64,000 nt of DNA from an uncultured Gemmatimonadales bacterium (lineage in GTDB: Bacteria > Gemmatimonadota > Gemmatimonadetes > Gemmatimonadales > GWC2-71-9). A program made the position numbers and the translations under genes. The stretch spans positions 64,001 to 128,000 of the forward strand of contig CAWHFW010000003.1 in the NCBI GenBank assembly GCA_963828735.1. Reading direction: 5' to 3'. The notes beneath the pieces were generated by a model, which saw nothing but the letters and a program-made list of their open reading frames with translations, did no database searches and was not told the DNA's origin. This document shows, piece after piece, positions 1 to 8,972 of this stretch. Position 1 is the stretch's first letter; every line of letters starts with the position of its first letter.

Positions 1-827
1 CGTACCCCGCTCTCGAGGCGCGCGAGCGCGGAGTCGTGCGCCGCGGTCCAGCGCGCGACGAACGAGCGGATCGTCGGCGCGCCTCCGTCGGGCGCCGGGG
101 CCGGCGTGGAAGCGGTGGTCGTGGCCGCGACGGCCTTGAGCAGCCCGCTCGTCCGAATGCGCGGCGCCGTGGGCAGCAGGAACGCGGACTTGGCCGGGGT
201 GGCCGCGGCGGCTGGCGCCGGGACCGTCGCCCCCTCGGTCGAGCTGGTCGAGGGAGCATAGCCGGGGGTGCGGTCGGTCCAGCGTTCGCCGCTGTTCGCC
301 AGGGAGATCGTGGGTGCAGACGCCTGGGACGCGGATCCGGCGGGCATGGCCGGCGGCATTGCCAGCGGCGCCACGACGTTTGCCTGCGTGGCGGTGGGCT
401 CGTGAGCGGCCCAAGGCGGCTTCTGCCCGGCCGCGGCCAGTTGCAGGCCGAGGATCAGCAACCCGCCCGTGATGCTGAGCGCGAGCGGACGTCGCCAGGG
501 ATGGTCGGAATCGGTCGAGTTGGGCTTGCCGTCGCCGCCGTCAGCCTGATCGTCCGGCGAGGGATCGTTGGCGCCTGCCAGCGAGTCGGCCGAGTCGTTG
601 AAGAAGGTCCAGGTGCTCCGCTCGAGCGGCGGCAGCGGTGGTGGCGCTGGGCGTTCCGAGACGATCGCCTTGTACTGTGGGTGCAGCGTCACCGAGATCC
701 ACTTCGACGTCGCGCGATGATAGATCCGCGAGTGCACGTCCACGTCACCCTTCCGGATGGCCGCGGCCAGGTCCTCTGTCGTTCTGTACAGCTCTTCCTT
801 GCCGGGGCGCAGCTCGACGAGGTACAT
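1..827 (-). CDS. Hypothetical membrane-anchored protein with N-terminal GYF_2-like domain (partial, runs off window start)
   Basis: Not in the ORF track because no stop lies in the window. Read manually from ATG 827: MYLVELRPGKEELYRTTEDLAAAIRKGDVDVHSRIYHRATSKWISVTLHPQYKAIV..., then a hydrophobic segment (PLALSITGGLLILGLQLAAAG) and a Pro/Ala-rich stretch. The GYF-like call is resemblance only. Confidence 0.7.
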   Translation of the reverse strand, partial: MYLVELRPGKEELYRTTEDLAAAIRKGDVDVHSRIYHRATSKWISVTLHPQYKAIVSERPAPPPLPPLERSTWTFFNDSADSLAGANDPSPDDQADGGDGKPNSTDSDHPWRRPLALSITGGLLILGLQLAAAGQKPPWAAHEPTATQANVVAPLAMPPAMPAGSASQASAPTISLANSGERWTDRTPGYAPSTSSTEGATVPAPAAAATPAKSAFLLPTAPRIRTSGLLKAVAATTTASTPAPAPDGGAPTIRSFVARWTAAHDSALARLESGV

Positions 828-953
828 GACGGCACTCGATTCCGTTCGTGGGCCCTGGGCCCGGGGTGAACGCGAACAGCATGCAACCGATGATGGGGAG
901 GACCTGCCGATCTACGGGGTCCAAATAGGCCAGAACCGTGCTCTCGGCATAGG

Positions 954-967
954 TGAGCAATTGCTCA
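954..967. promoter_or_regulatory. Perfect 14-bp palindrome TGAGCAATTGCTCA, candidate operator
   Basis: Seen directly in the AT-richer intergenic region between divergent genes. Confidence 0.35.
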
Positions 968-1236
968 GCGCCAGGGCGACCTGATGGCATGATTTATCCC
1001 TTTGTGGTTCAATGGCTTACCGCGTACTACCCTGGGCTGGCCAACCCCAGAAGGGTCGGGTCGTTCCACACCCCGACCCTCCGGCTCCGGGTGCGTTTTT
1101 CGGGAAGCGGTGGTGGAATGCAAGATGTTTCGCTCCAACCCGGGATTGATTAGAGTGCGAAGGTTCCCGCGCCGGGCACGCCCGGACTCGGTTGACGAAC
1201 CCACGCGCCGGCTCGGCGTCGCCGGTTGGAGGTTGC

Positions 1237-1799
1237 ATGAGCTCTGATGATCGCAGGTCCAGTCGGGGGGGCGCATCGGCGCCGCCTTCGTGGCCACCGT
1301 GCTCGGCGTCGGGGTCGGGCTGCTCGCCGCCCCTCAGGCAGGCAGCGACACTCGGCGTTTGCTGCGGCGACGTCTCATCGCCGCGCGGATGGGGCTCGGG
1401 AGCGGCATGGATGATCTCGAGGAGCGCAGCCGGCCGATCCGCCGGGCGGTCCGCGCGCGGGCGGAGGAGTTGCGCCGCCGCGGTCGCGAGCGCTACGAGC
1501 AGGCGCTGGAGGACCTCGAGGAGGACATGGAAGATCTCGACGAGGAGGAAGAGGAGGGCTCGCGTGGCATCGGCACCGTGGTGACTCTGGGTGCCGGCAT
1601 CGCCGCGATCGCGTATCTCCTCACCAGCGAGCGTGCCGCGCCCACCCGCGAGCGGGTGCGTGAGGCCGCCGCGACCGTGCGCGACGAGGCCGAAGCGCGT
1701 TGGGAGCGCTTCCGGGAGCGCCGCGGCAACGGGCATCGCTTTGCCGAGCGAGGCACGCGGATCGACCCGGCAGGATCGCCGCCGCCGCCGTCCGCCTGA
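1237..1799 (+). CDS. YtxH-domain (general stress/gas-vesicle-like) protein, apparently frameshifted at a G7 tract
   Basis: GGAGG RBS then ATG 1237 (MSSDDRRSSRG). The main body (RIGAAFVATVLGVGVGLLAAPQAGSDTRRLL, YtxH-like GLLxAPxxGxxTR) is in another frame after G7 at 1265-1271; the ORF track starts it at GTG 1290. Confidence 0.7.
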
Positions 1800-3850
1800 A
1801 GCTTTCCCTGCCCTCCGGGCGCCGCGTCCTCATCGCGGCGCTCGCGTTGCTGTCACTGCTGTTCATCGCCGCAGGTGGATGGACCGTCACCTGCGGCTTT
1901 ACCGGTTGCCCATCCACCGCCGACATCCAGACGTTCCGCCCGAGCCAGGGCGGCCGCGTGCTCGACCGCGGCGGCGTGGCGCTCGGCCGCCTGACCTATG
2001 TCCGGCGGGTGAACGTGCCGCTCGCGCGAGTGCCCCGCCACGTGCGCGCGGCCTTCATCGCCGTCGAGGACCGACGCTTCTACTACCACCACGGCGTGGA
2101 CTGGCGGAGCGCCGCGCGGGCGCTCGTGCGCAACATCGCCCGCGCGGACGTCAGCGAGGGCTTCAGCACCATCACCATGCAGGTGGTGCGGAACGCCTTC
2201 GTTCCGCAGCTCGCCCAGCGGCGCACGCTGCGCCGCAAGCTGATCGAGATCTACCTCGCCTACCGGCTGGAGCGCTCCCTCACCAAGCAGCAGATCCTCG
2301 CGCTCTACCTCAACGTGATCTACCTCGGCAATGGCGCCTACGGCGTCGAAGCGGCGAGCCGCGACCTGTTCGGCAAGGACGTGGATCGGCTCACCGTGGC
2401 CGAGGGCGCGACGCTGGCGGCGCTGGCGCGTGGACCGTCGGTCTACGCCCCGCGGCGGCATCCCGACCGCGCCGTGGCGCGCCGCAACCTCGTGCTCGGC
2501 GTGATGGCGCGCGAGCACTATCTGACCGACTCGCTCGCGGCGCGCGCCGCTCGCGGGCCGCTCCGGCTCGCGCCCTCCGAGTGGCGGCCGCGCGAGGACC
2601 GCTCGTTCGCGATCGACCCGGTGCGTGCCGTGGTCGACTCGGTGCTCGGCGACGACCAGCAGGGCGACCTGATCGTCTACACCACGCTCGACGCGCGGGC
2701 GCAGCGCTCGGCCGAGAGCGCCGTGCGCCGCCAGGCCGACGCGATCGACCGCATGGCGGGCACCGCGAGGGGCCGCGATACGCTGCAGGGCGCGCTGGTC
2801 GCGCTCGATCCGCGGAATGGCGAGATTCGCGCCCTGGTGGGCGCGCGCCGCTACGTCCCCGGCGGGTTCAATCGCGCGCTCGTCGCGCGGCGGCAACCGG
2901 GCTCCGCCTTCAAGCCGTTCGTCTACGCCGCGGCCCTGGCGAGGGGGCTCACGCCGGCCGCGGTCGTGATGGACACGCCGGTCGAGATCGCCGAGCGCGA
3001 CGGCGTGTGGCGTCCGGTCAACTTCGACGGGCGCTATGCGGGCCCCCTGACGCTGCGCCGCGCGCTCATGCGCTCGGCCAACGCGGCGACCGTCCGATTG
3101 GGCGAGGCCGTTGGCGAGCGGCGGGTCGCAGCCCTCGCCCATCGCGCGGGCATCCGGAGCCCGCTCGCCGCGGTGCCGTCGCTCGCGCTGGGCGCCGGCG
3201 AGGTCACGCCGCTCGAGCTGGTCGCCGCGTATGCCCCGTTCGCCAACGGTGGCGTCCAGGTCACGCCCTCGCTCGTGCGCCGCATCGAGGCGGGCGACGG
3301 CACCGTGCTCTGGCGCGCGCCCGCGCGGAAGGCCGAGCGCGTGCTCGGCGAGGCCGAGGCGTTCCAGCTTACGTCCATGCTGGAGTCGGTGGTGGACGGG
3401 GGCACCGGACGCGCGCTCCGCGATCTCGGCGTTCGCGGGGTGGTGGCGGGCAAGACCGGCACGACCAACGACGGCACCAACGTGTGGTTCGTCGGCTACA
3501 CGCCCACCGTGGTGGCGGCGGTCTGGTTCGGGTACGACGCGCCGAAACCGATCGCGCCCTCGGCCTCGGGCGGCCGCCTCGCGGCGCCCGCGTGGGCGGC
3601 GTTCTACCTGGACGGCTGGTTCGAGCGCGAGCCGGCCGACTGGGCGCGGCCCGCCGGACTCGTGAGCCGCACGATCGACTCGTTCAACGGCGACCTCGCG
3701 AACGAGTGGTGCCCCGTCACCCAGCGCGAGTGGTTTCGCGCCGGGACCGAGCCCACCCATGCCTGCTCCGAGCACAAGGCGCCGTTCGGCGACCGGCTGG
3801 CGGAGTTCGGCCGGAAGATCGGGCGGGCGTTGAAGGACTTGTTCAAGTAG
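1796..3850 (+). CDS. Class A penicillin-binding protein (PBP1A family transglycosylase/transpeptidase); start uncertain
   Basis: N-terminal TM; GT51 motifs EDRRFYYHHGVD, GFSTITMQVVRN, RKLIE; transpeptidase SAFK (SxxK), SAN (SxN), KTGT. Confidence 0.93.
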   Translation: MKLSLPSGRRVLIAALALLSLLFIAAGGWTVTCGFTGCPSTADIQTFRPSQGGRVLDRGGVALGRLTYVRRVNVPLARVPRHVRAAFIAVEDRRFYYHHGVDWRSAARALVRNIARADVSEGFSTITMQVVRNAFVPQLAQRRTLRRKLIEIYLAYRLERSLTKQQILALYLNVIYLGNGAYGVEAASRDLFGKDVDRLTVAEGATLAALARGPSVYAPRRHPDRAVARRNLVLGVMAREHYLTDSLAARAARGPLRLAPSEWRPREDRSFAIDPVRAVVDSVLGDDQQGDLIVYTTLDARAQRSAESAVRRQADAIDRMAGTARGRDTLQGALVALDPRNGEIRALVGARRYVPGGFNRALVARRQPGSAFKPFVYAAALARGLTPAAVVMDTPVEIAERDGVWRPVNFDGRYAGPLTLRRALMRSANAATVRLGEAVGERRVAALAHRAGIRSPLAAVPSLALGAGEVTPLELVAAYAPFANGGVQVTPSLVRRIEAGDGTVLWRAPARKAERVLGEAEAFQLTSMLESVVDGGTGRALRDLGVRGVVAGKTGTTNDGTNVWFVGYTPTVVAAVWFGYDAPKPIAPSASGGRLAAPAWAAFYLDGWFEREPADWARPAGLVSRTIDSFNGDLANEWCPVTQREWFRAGTEPTHACSEHKAPFGDRLAEFGRKIGRALKDLFK

Positions 3851-3876
3851 GGCGGTTGGACGAGCGGCGAGCGGAT

Positions 3877-3910
3877 GGGTGGGTGAGTGGTGAGTGGGTG
3901 AGTGGGTGAG
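3877..3910. repeat. Short tandem repeat (GGGTGAGT)n-like, G-quadruplex-compatible
   Basis: gggt gggtgagt ggtgagt gggtgagt gggtgag between convergent genes. Confidence 0.6.
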
Positions 3911-3949
3911 GTCAGGCAGGAACCAGCCCCGGGGACCCGAAAGAAACGA

Positions 3950-4672
3950 CTACTCCGCCCGAGCCTCCCAACCCATCCCCGCCGGATACGCCAGCAGGTC
4001 CCGCCGGACCTGACTCGCCGCTCGGATCACCTTGGACGGATAGCGATGACAGTTGGGCGTGTTCGCGCTCACGACGCAGCCGTTGTAGCGCAGCAGCGCC
4101 CGGTGGATGTTGCCGGTCCGCTTGAGGTACTGACCGAACACCCGCGCGCCGTGGCAGATGTTGGACTCCACGTCGAGCAGGTCGTCCGATGCGCAATCGA
4201 ACGTGCCCGCGTGGAAGTGCATCACCTGCATCAGACCGATCGCGCCCTGACTGCTGACCGTTCCGGTCTCGAGCTGCGGGTTCTCCGTGAGCAGCACGCC
4301 CGTGAGCAGGCTCGGCGCGACCTTGAGCCGGCCGGCTTCCTTCACGATCGCGCGCGCGATGCGGATCGCGGTGACCGGATCGCCGTTGCGCCGGCCGAGC
4401 AGGCGCGCGAGCGGGCGATAGTTGTAGCGGAACACGACATCCCGCTCCAATGCCGCGCTGTCCACGGGCCGACCGACCGGCCTGAGCTTCGGCGCACGGA
4501 GGCTCGGGGCTCCTGCCACGACCAGGGCGGAAAGCGGGGGCGTACCCACCGCGCCCGACGGGGTGAACTCGAGGGCGGCGACGAGCGAGGTGACCGCCAG
4601 CGCCACCAGGAACGGCCGGCGGGGCATGCGATTCTGGCGTACCTCGTTGGGAGGCGGCGATTTGGCGTTCAT
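3950..4672 (-). CDS. Lytic transglycosylase (SLT domain)
   Basis: GGGAG RBS before ATG 4672; TM/signal segment; VLLTEN...VSSQGAIGLMQV, NICHGARVF, ALLRYNG. Confidence 0.88.
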   Translation of the reverse strand: MNAKSPPPNEVRQNRMPRRPFLVALAVTSLVAALEFTPSGAVGTPPLSALVVAGAPSLRAPKLRPVGRPVDSAALERDVVFRYNYRPLARLLGRRNGDPVTAIRIARAIVKEAGRLKVAPSLLTGVLLTENPQLETGTVSSQGAIGLMQVMHFHAGTFDCASDDLLDVESNICHGARVFGQYLKRTGNIHRALLRYNGCVVSANTPNCHRYPSKVIRAASQVRRDLLAYPAGMGWEARAE

Positions 4673-4816
4673 GCGTCGCTCCCTGCGCGCGTGGTGGGCA
4701 TTCCGGGGGTTCCGGGGCCGCCTCTGCAAGAACCGCGCACACCGTCGCACTCACCTCGACGCGGTTCACGCCGGCCGATACGTTTGGCACATACCTCCTC
4801 CCCATGAGAGGCAGTC

Positions 4817-5938
4817 ATGCCATCCTGGCACCGGCTCGGCACCGAGGCAGAGCTGACCGCGCGAGTCCCCTTCTCCGTCAAGGTCGAGCGGCATCGTATC
4901 GCGATCTTCCAGCACGACGGCCGCTTCCGCGCGATCTCCGACATCTGCAACCACCGCGGCGGCCCACTTTCCGATGGACGCCTGCACGGCGAGTTCGTCA
5001 TGTGTCCGTGGCACGCGTGGGAGTACAGCGTCATCACCGGGAAAGGGCCGGAAGGCTACGACGAAGAGCAGGTCCCGGTGTACCGCCTCGAGACGCGCGA
5101 CGACGGCGTCTACGTCGAGCTGCCGCCGGTCATGCCGCGAAGGCTCCTCAAGCACAAGCCTTCGCACCTGCTGGAACCGCATCCCAAGCCGGCGGACGCA
5201 CCGCCGCGCGTGCTCGGCATCTCCACGACCGGCATGGACGCGGTCAATCCGCGCTTCTCGACGTCCGACTGCCTGTTGGAGCACGCCGTCGGGCATCTCG
5301 GCGCGCAGGGCGCTGACACCAGCGTGATCCGGCTCCGAGAGCTCACCTTTCGCCACTGCGAGGGCAATTACTCCAAGGCGTCACACGCGTGCACCTGGCC
5401 ATGCGCCATCACCGAGCGAGACCCGACCGACGAGCTCACGCCGGTCTACGAGGGCCTGGTGCACTGGGCCGACGTCGTGCTCATCGCCACTCCGATTCGC
5501 TGGGGCAACGCCTCCTCGCTCTACTTCAAGATGGTCGAGCGGCTCAACTGCATTCAGAACCAGCTCACGATTCACAACCGCCGGCTCATCATGAACAAGG
5601 TGGCCGCGCTCATCATCACCGGCGGCCAGGACAACATCCAGGCGGTCGCGGGCGGGATGCTGACATTCTGGTCCGAGCTCGGCTTCGTCTTTCCCGTGTT
5701 CCCGTTCATCGCCCACTCGCGCGGGTGGGACGCGGAGGACATGCAGAACAACGTGCGGCAGGTGAGAGAGAGCGAGCCTCTCCGCACGGCCGCCGCGGAG
5801 CTCGGCGAGCGCGCGCTCGGCACCTGGCGCGTGCTGGACCGCCATCGCGCCGAGATGGAGGGGCCGATGGGGCGCGCCGGGCGGAAGGCCAACTCGGTCG
5901 CGCCGGAGCCCGAAGCCGAAGCGGAGGCCGCGCCGTGA
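4817..5938 (+). CDS. Rieske [2Fe-2S] ferredoxin fused to flavodoxin-like/iron-sulfur flavoprotein (WrbA/FMN reductase family) domain
   Basis: Rieske CNH...CPWH; C-terminal CEGNYSKASHACTWPC, ADVVLIATPIRWGNASSLYFKMVERL, NKVAALIITGGQD. Confidence 0.85.
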   Translation: MPSWHRLGTEAELTARVPFSVKVERHRIAIFQHDGRFRAISDICNHRGGPLSDGRLHGEFVMCPWHAWEYSVITGKGPEGYDEEQVPVYRLETRDDGVYVELPPVMPRRLLKHKPSHLLEPHPKPADAPPRVLGISTTGMDAVNPRFSTSDCLLEHAVGHLGAQGADTSVIRLRELTFRHCEGNYSKASHACTWPCAITERDPTDELTPVYEGLVHWADVVLIATPIRWGNASSLYFKMVERLNCIQNQLTIHNRRLIMNKVAALIITGGQDNIQAVAGGMLTFWSELGFVFPVFPFIAHSRGWDAEDMQNNVRQVRESEPLRTAAAELGERALGTWRVLDRHRAEMEGPMGRAGRKANSVAPEPEAEAEAAP

Positions 5939-6372
5939 GCGACCGCATGCGCATCGCCCGCGCCTACGAGGCGTCGCTCTTCGCCGGACGCATGGACGAG
6001 GTGAGCGCGGCCTTCACCGACGACGTCGTGTACTGGGTGGCGGGCGATCCGCCGATCGGCGGCGAATGGCGCGGACGGCAGGCCGTGCTTCGCGCGATGA
6101 CCGAGCGCGAGCCTGGTCTCGGCGCGGCCGACTGGGGGTACGAGGACGTGTGGCGGGAATGGTACGAGGCCGACGAGCGGATCATCGTCGAGATCCGCGA
6201 GCGGAGCTGGCTGCGCTCGGCGCCCGCGGACGTCATGGATCAACGGACCTGCGTGGTGCTCCGATTCCGCGGCGACCGCATCTGCGAGCTGCGGGACTAC
6301 ACCGACGCCGCGCTGTACGAGCGCTTCCTCCAACGGCACCGGAGCGAGCTGCCCAAGTTCACCCCGCGCTGA
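5935..6372 (+). CDS. SnoaL/NTF2-like family protein
   Basis: GTGA overlap with upstream stop; FTDDVVYWVAG...GEWRGRQAV, VVLRFRGDRICELRDYTD. Confidence 0.85.
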   Translation: MSDRMRIARAYEASLFAGRMDEVSAAFTDDVVYWVAGDPPIGGEWRGRQAVLRAMTEREPGLGAADWGYEDVWREWYEADERIIVEIRERSWLRSAPADVMDQRTCVVLRFRGDRICELRDYTDAALYERFLQRHRSELPKFTPR

Positions 6373-7252
6373 GCGTTCTGAGCAGCGCGACCATCTTCGC
6401 GTCCCAGGGGTCCGCCGTGGCGTCGTCCTCCGGCGCCTCGGGACGTGACTGCGGCGTCTCCAGAATCAGCGGGACGCCTTCGCTTCGCGGGTCGCGGAGC
6501 AGCCATCCGAACGCGGCCGTCCCGATCTTCCCTTCCCCGATCAGCATGTGGCGATCCCGATTGGATCCGAGCGCGCCTTCGCTGTCGTTCAAATGGAAGA
6601 ACGCCGGCGGCTCGCCGGCCGCCGCCTGGAACTCGTCCAGAATCCGGGCGAGCGCCGCCTCGGACTTGGTGATGTCGTGCCCGGCCGAAAAGAGGTGACA
6701 GGTGTCGAGGCCGTAGCCGGTGCGCCTCCGCAGGGGCTCCGGGATCGCGGCCAGGATGGCGCCCACCTCATCCGGGGTCCGACCGATGGTCATCCCGGCG
6801 CCCGCCGTGTTCTCGACGAGGAGACGCGTTCCAGCTGGCACCCGCTCGAGCGCCTGCGTCATCGCGCGCGCGACGCGGATCACGGCCGCGAGCCGATCCC
6901 CGTCCACCGCCGCCCCGGGATGAAAGCAGACGCCGCCCGCGCCGACCGCCGAGGAGCGCTCGAGCTCCTTCGCGAGCCCCGCGGCCGCACGGCTCCACTT
7001 CTCGTCGTCGTCGCTCGCGGTGTTGAGGACGTACGCGGCGTGGACGATCACGCGCTCAGGCGCGATGCCGGTTTCGGCGAGCGCCGCCCGGAAGCGGGCG
7101 ACGCGCTCGGGGCGGATGGAGGACTTGTCGCCGTAGTACTTGGGGATGGCCGTGAAGATCTGGAGGGCCGTCCCGCCGGCGGCGGCGGAGCGTCGCGCCG
7201 CCATGTCGATGCCGCCGGCGTCTACGGCGTGGATGCCGAAGTGATGGGTCAT
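6359..7252 (-). CDS. nfo: Endonuclease IV (AP endonuclease)
   Basis: ALQIFT, VHAAYVLN, FHPG, LVENTAG, GLDTCHLFSAG, HLNDS, DRH, ILETP; RBS GGGAGG before ATG 7252. Confidence 0.93.
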   Translation of the reverse strand: MTHHFGIHAVDAGGIDMAARRSAAAGGTALQIFTAIPKYYGDKSSIRPERVARFRAALAETGIAPERVIVHAAYVLNTASDDDEKWSRAAAGLAKELERSSAVGAGGVCFHPGAAVDGDRLAAVIRVARAMTQALERVPAGTRLLVENTAGAGMTIGRTPDEVGAILAAIPEPLRRRTGYGLDTCHLFSAGHDITKSEAALARILDEFQAAAGEPPAFFHLNDSEGALGSNRDRHMLIGEGKIGTAAFGWLLRDPRSEGVPLILETPQSRPEAPEDDATADPWDAKMVALLRTLSAG

Positions 7253-7335
7253 GCGGCCCTCCCAGCAAGGGGCATGCGCCGCGAAGCGCATGCCCCTCGT
7301 ACGTCCTGCCGGCCCCCGCGACGGGAACGGACGAG

Positions 7336-8337
7336 CTACTGCCCGCTCGCGGCCGCCTGCGCCTGATAGAGCTCGAGCCGGCGCCTGGCGTTCTCCTGAT
7401 CGCGCGAGGCCACGTCCTTCGCGGCCTCGGCCCGCGCCTGCTGGGCCTGAAGCGTCCGCAGCTCGAGCTCCCGGATGACCGAGTCGTGGCGGAGCAGCGC
7501 GGTCGGATCTCCGGCGCTCCGGGCCCGCTCGTCGCGCCGGGCCGCGAGCTGGAGCTCCATCTGGAGCGCCTGCTGGCTCGCCAGCGCGAACTTCTTCGCG
7601 GCCTTGGCCTGCTCCTGCTCGGCGGCATACAGCGCTTCGCGGCGCTCGAGGAACGCCCGCTGCCGCTCGACCACCGTCTTCTCGGCGGTCAGGGCCGCCT
7701 TGTCCGCGTCCTGCTTCTGCTTGCCAGCCAGCTTGATGCGGCTGTCCAGGCTGGAGACCTCCTGCTTCTTCCCTTCGAGCAGCGCCTTCGTCTGGGCACG
7801 CTGCGAGTTGGTCTCGATGATCCGCGCGTCGATCTGATGCTCGGCGGCGATGGCCAGATCGAGCTCACCCTTGATCCGGTCGGCGCTCCGGGCCGGGATG
7901 ACGTCCACGAAGCCCAGCGCTTCGGCGACGCTCTTGCCGGCTGTCGGGGACGCAGGCAGCACGGGTGCAACGGCGGCCGGGGCCGGCGCTGCCGCGGGAG
8001 CGGGCGCAGCGGCCGGAGCGGCGGCCGGCGGCGTGGGAGCCGGCGCGGCGACTGCGGCCGGGGCCGGCGCGGCGGGGGCCACGGCGGGTGCTGCGGCCGG
8101 GGCCGGGGCCGCTACCGGTGCAGCTGCCGGCGCGACCGGCGGAGTGGCGGCGGGCATCGCCACCGGCACGACGGCCGCCGGGGCGGCGGCTGCCGGTGCG
8201 TATCCTTGCGCGGCGGTGTCGGTCGCCTGCTGGGCCGCCACCGGGGCTGCCATCAGGGCCGCCACGACGGCGAAGGCAAGAACCACACGAGGAACGGTCA
8301 CAGGCTCAACCTCCACGAAGCGAGTATGGTCCGTCAC
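7336..8337 (-). CDS. Exported hypothetical protein: signal peptide, Ala/Pro-rich linker, C-terminal coiled coil; start uncertain
   Basis: VVLAFAVVAALMAAPVAA-QQ signal; about 90 aa of PAAAPA repeats; heptad-rich A/E/K/Q/R C-terminus. Confidence 0.75.
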   Translation of the reverse strand: MTDHTRFVEVEPVTVPRVVLAFAVVAALMAAPVAAQQATDTAAQGYAPAAAAPAAVVPVAMPAATPPVAPAAAPVAAPAPAAAPAVAPAAPAPAAVAAPAPTPPAAAPAAAPAPAAAPAPAAVAPVLPASPTAGKSVAEALGFVDVIPARSADRIKGELDLAIAAEHQIDARIIETNSQRAQTKALLEGKKQEVSSLDSRIKLAGKQKQDADKAALTAEKTVVERQRAFLERREALYAAEQEQAKAAKKFALASQQALQMELQLAARRDERARSAGDPTALLRHDSVIRELELRTLQAQQARAEAAKDVASRDQENARRRLELYQAQAAASGQ

Positions 8338-8393
8338 GCTGCAGGGGCCGCCAACTTACCGCCAATTCTGACGACTCGTAATACCCCCGCGCC

Positions 8394-8963
8394 TCACGCG
8401 TCCACCCACCGCGTCACCTCGCCTGCCGGCCGCCGCCGGTGCGGCGCTTCCTCGGCAGCCGGATACCCCACGCTCACTACGCCCACGATCCGGAAACCGG
8501 CCTCCAGACCAACCAGCGACGCGACATCCGGGTCCCGCATGATCCCGCCGGTCTTCAGGTAAGTGCCCAGGCCGAGTGACTCTGCGGCGATGATGAAATT
8601 TGCAGTCGCCATCATCGTGGCAGCGTAGTCCTCCTCACGGGTAAGCTCGTCAGGGTGGATCGCGCACATCACGACCAGGAAGACCGGCGTCTCTTCGGTC
8701 TCCCGTCGCACCTTGTCGGCCCCGGCACGGGCTTCCTCGCTTTCGGGGTCCGCGTAGCGCTTGAGGCGGTGTCGGGCTCGCAGCGCGGCGAAGCGGGTCC
8801 GCGACGCTCCGGTCAGCACGGCGAATCGCCACGGCTCAGTGAGCTTGTGGTTGGGGGCTCGGACTGCGCACTCGAGCAGGGTCTCGATGGTCTCACGGGG
8901 AACCGGGTCGGGACGAAAACGGCGGACCGAGGTCCGCCGTCGTATCGCGGTGATGGCGTCCAT
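8394..8963 (-). CDS. Nitroreductase family protein (YdjA-like)
   Basis: RRTSVRRF, RAPNHKLTEPWRF, AESLGLGTYLKTG, VSVGYP. Confidence 0.92.
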   Translation of the reverse strand: MDAITAIRRRTSVRRFRPDPVPRETIETLLECAVRAPNHKLTEPWRFAVLTGASRTRFAALRARHRLKRYADPESEEARAGADKVRRETEETPVFLVVMCAIHPDELTREEDYAATMMATANFIIAAESLGLGTYLKTGGIMRDPDVASLVGLEAGFRIVGVVSVGYPAAEEAPHRRRPAGEVTRWVDA

Positions 8964-8972
8964 CCGGGGAAT

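Noticed and set aside
36..869. 277-aa plus-strand ORF
   Set aside because: R/G-rich antisense shadow of the real minus-strand gene starting at 827.
4785..4800. TTTGGCAC upstream of the Rieske fusion as a sigma54 promoter
   Set aside because: The -12 GC is absent (CC at that position).
7940..8200. Repeated GC-rich units that could be mistaken for a CRISPR or tandem array
   Set aside because: They encode the Ala/Pro linker in frame; there is no constant repeat-spacer periodicity and no cas genes.
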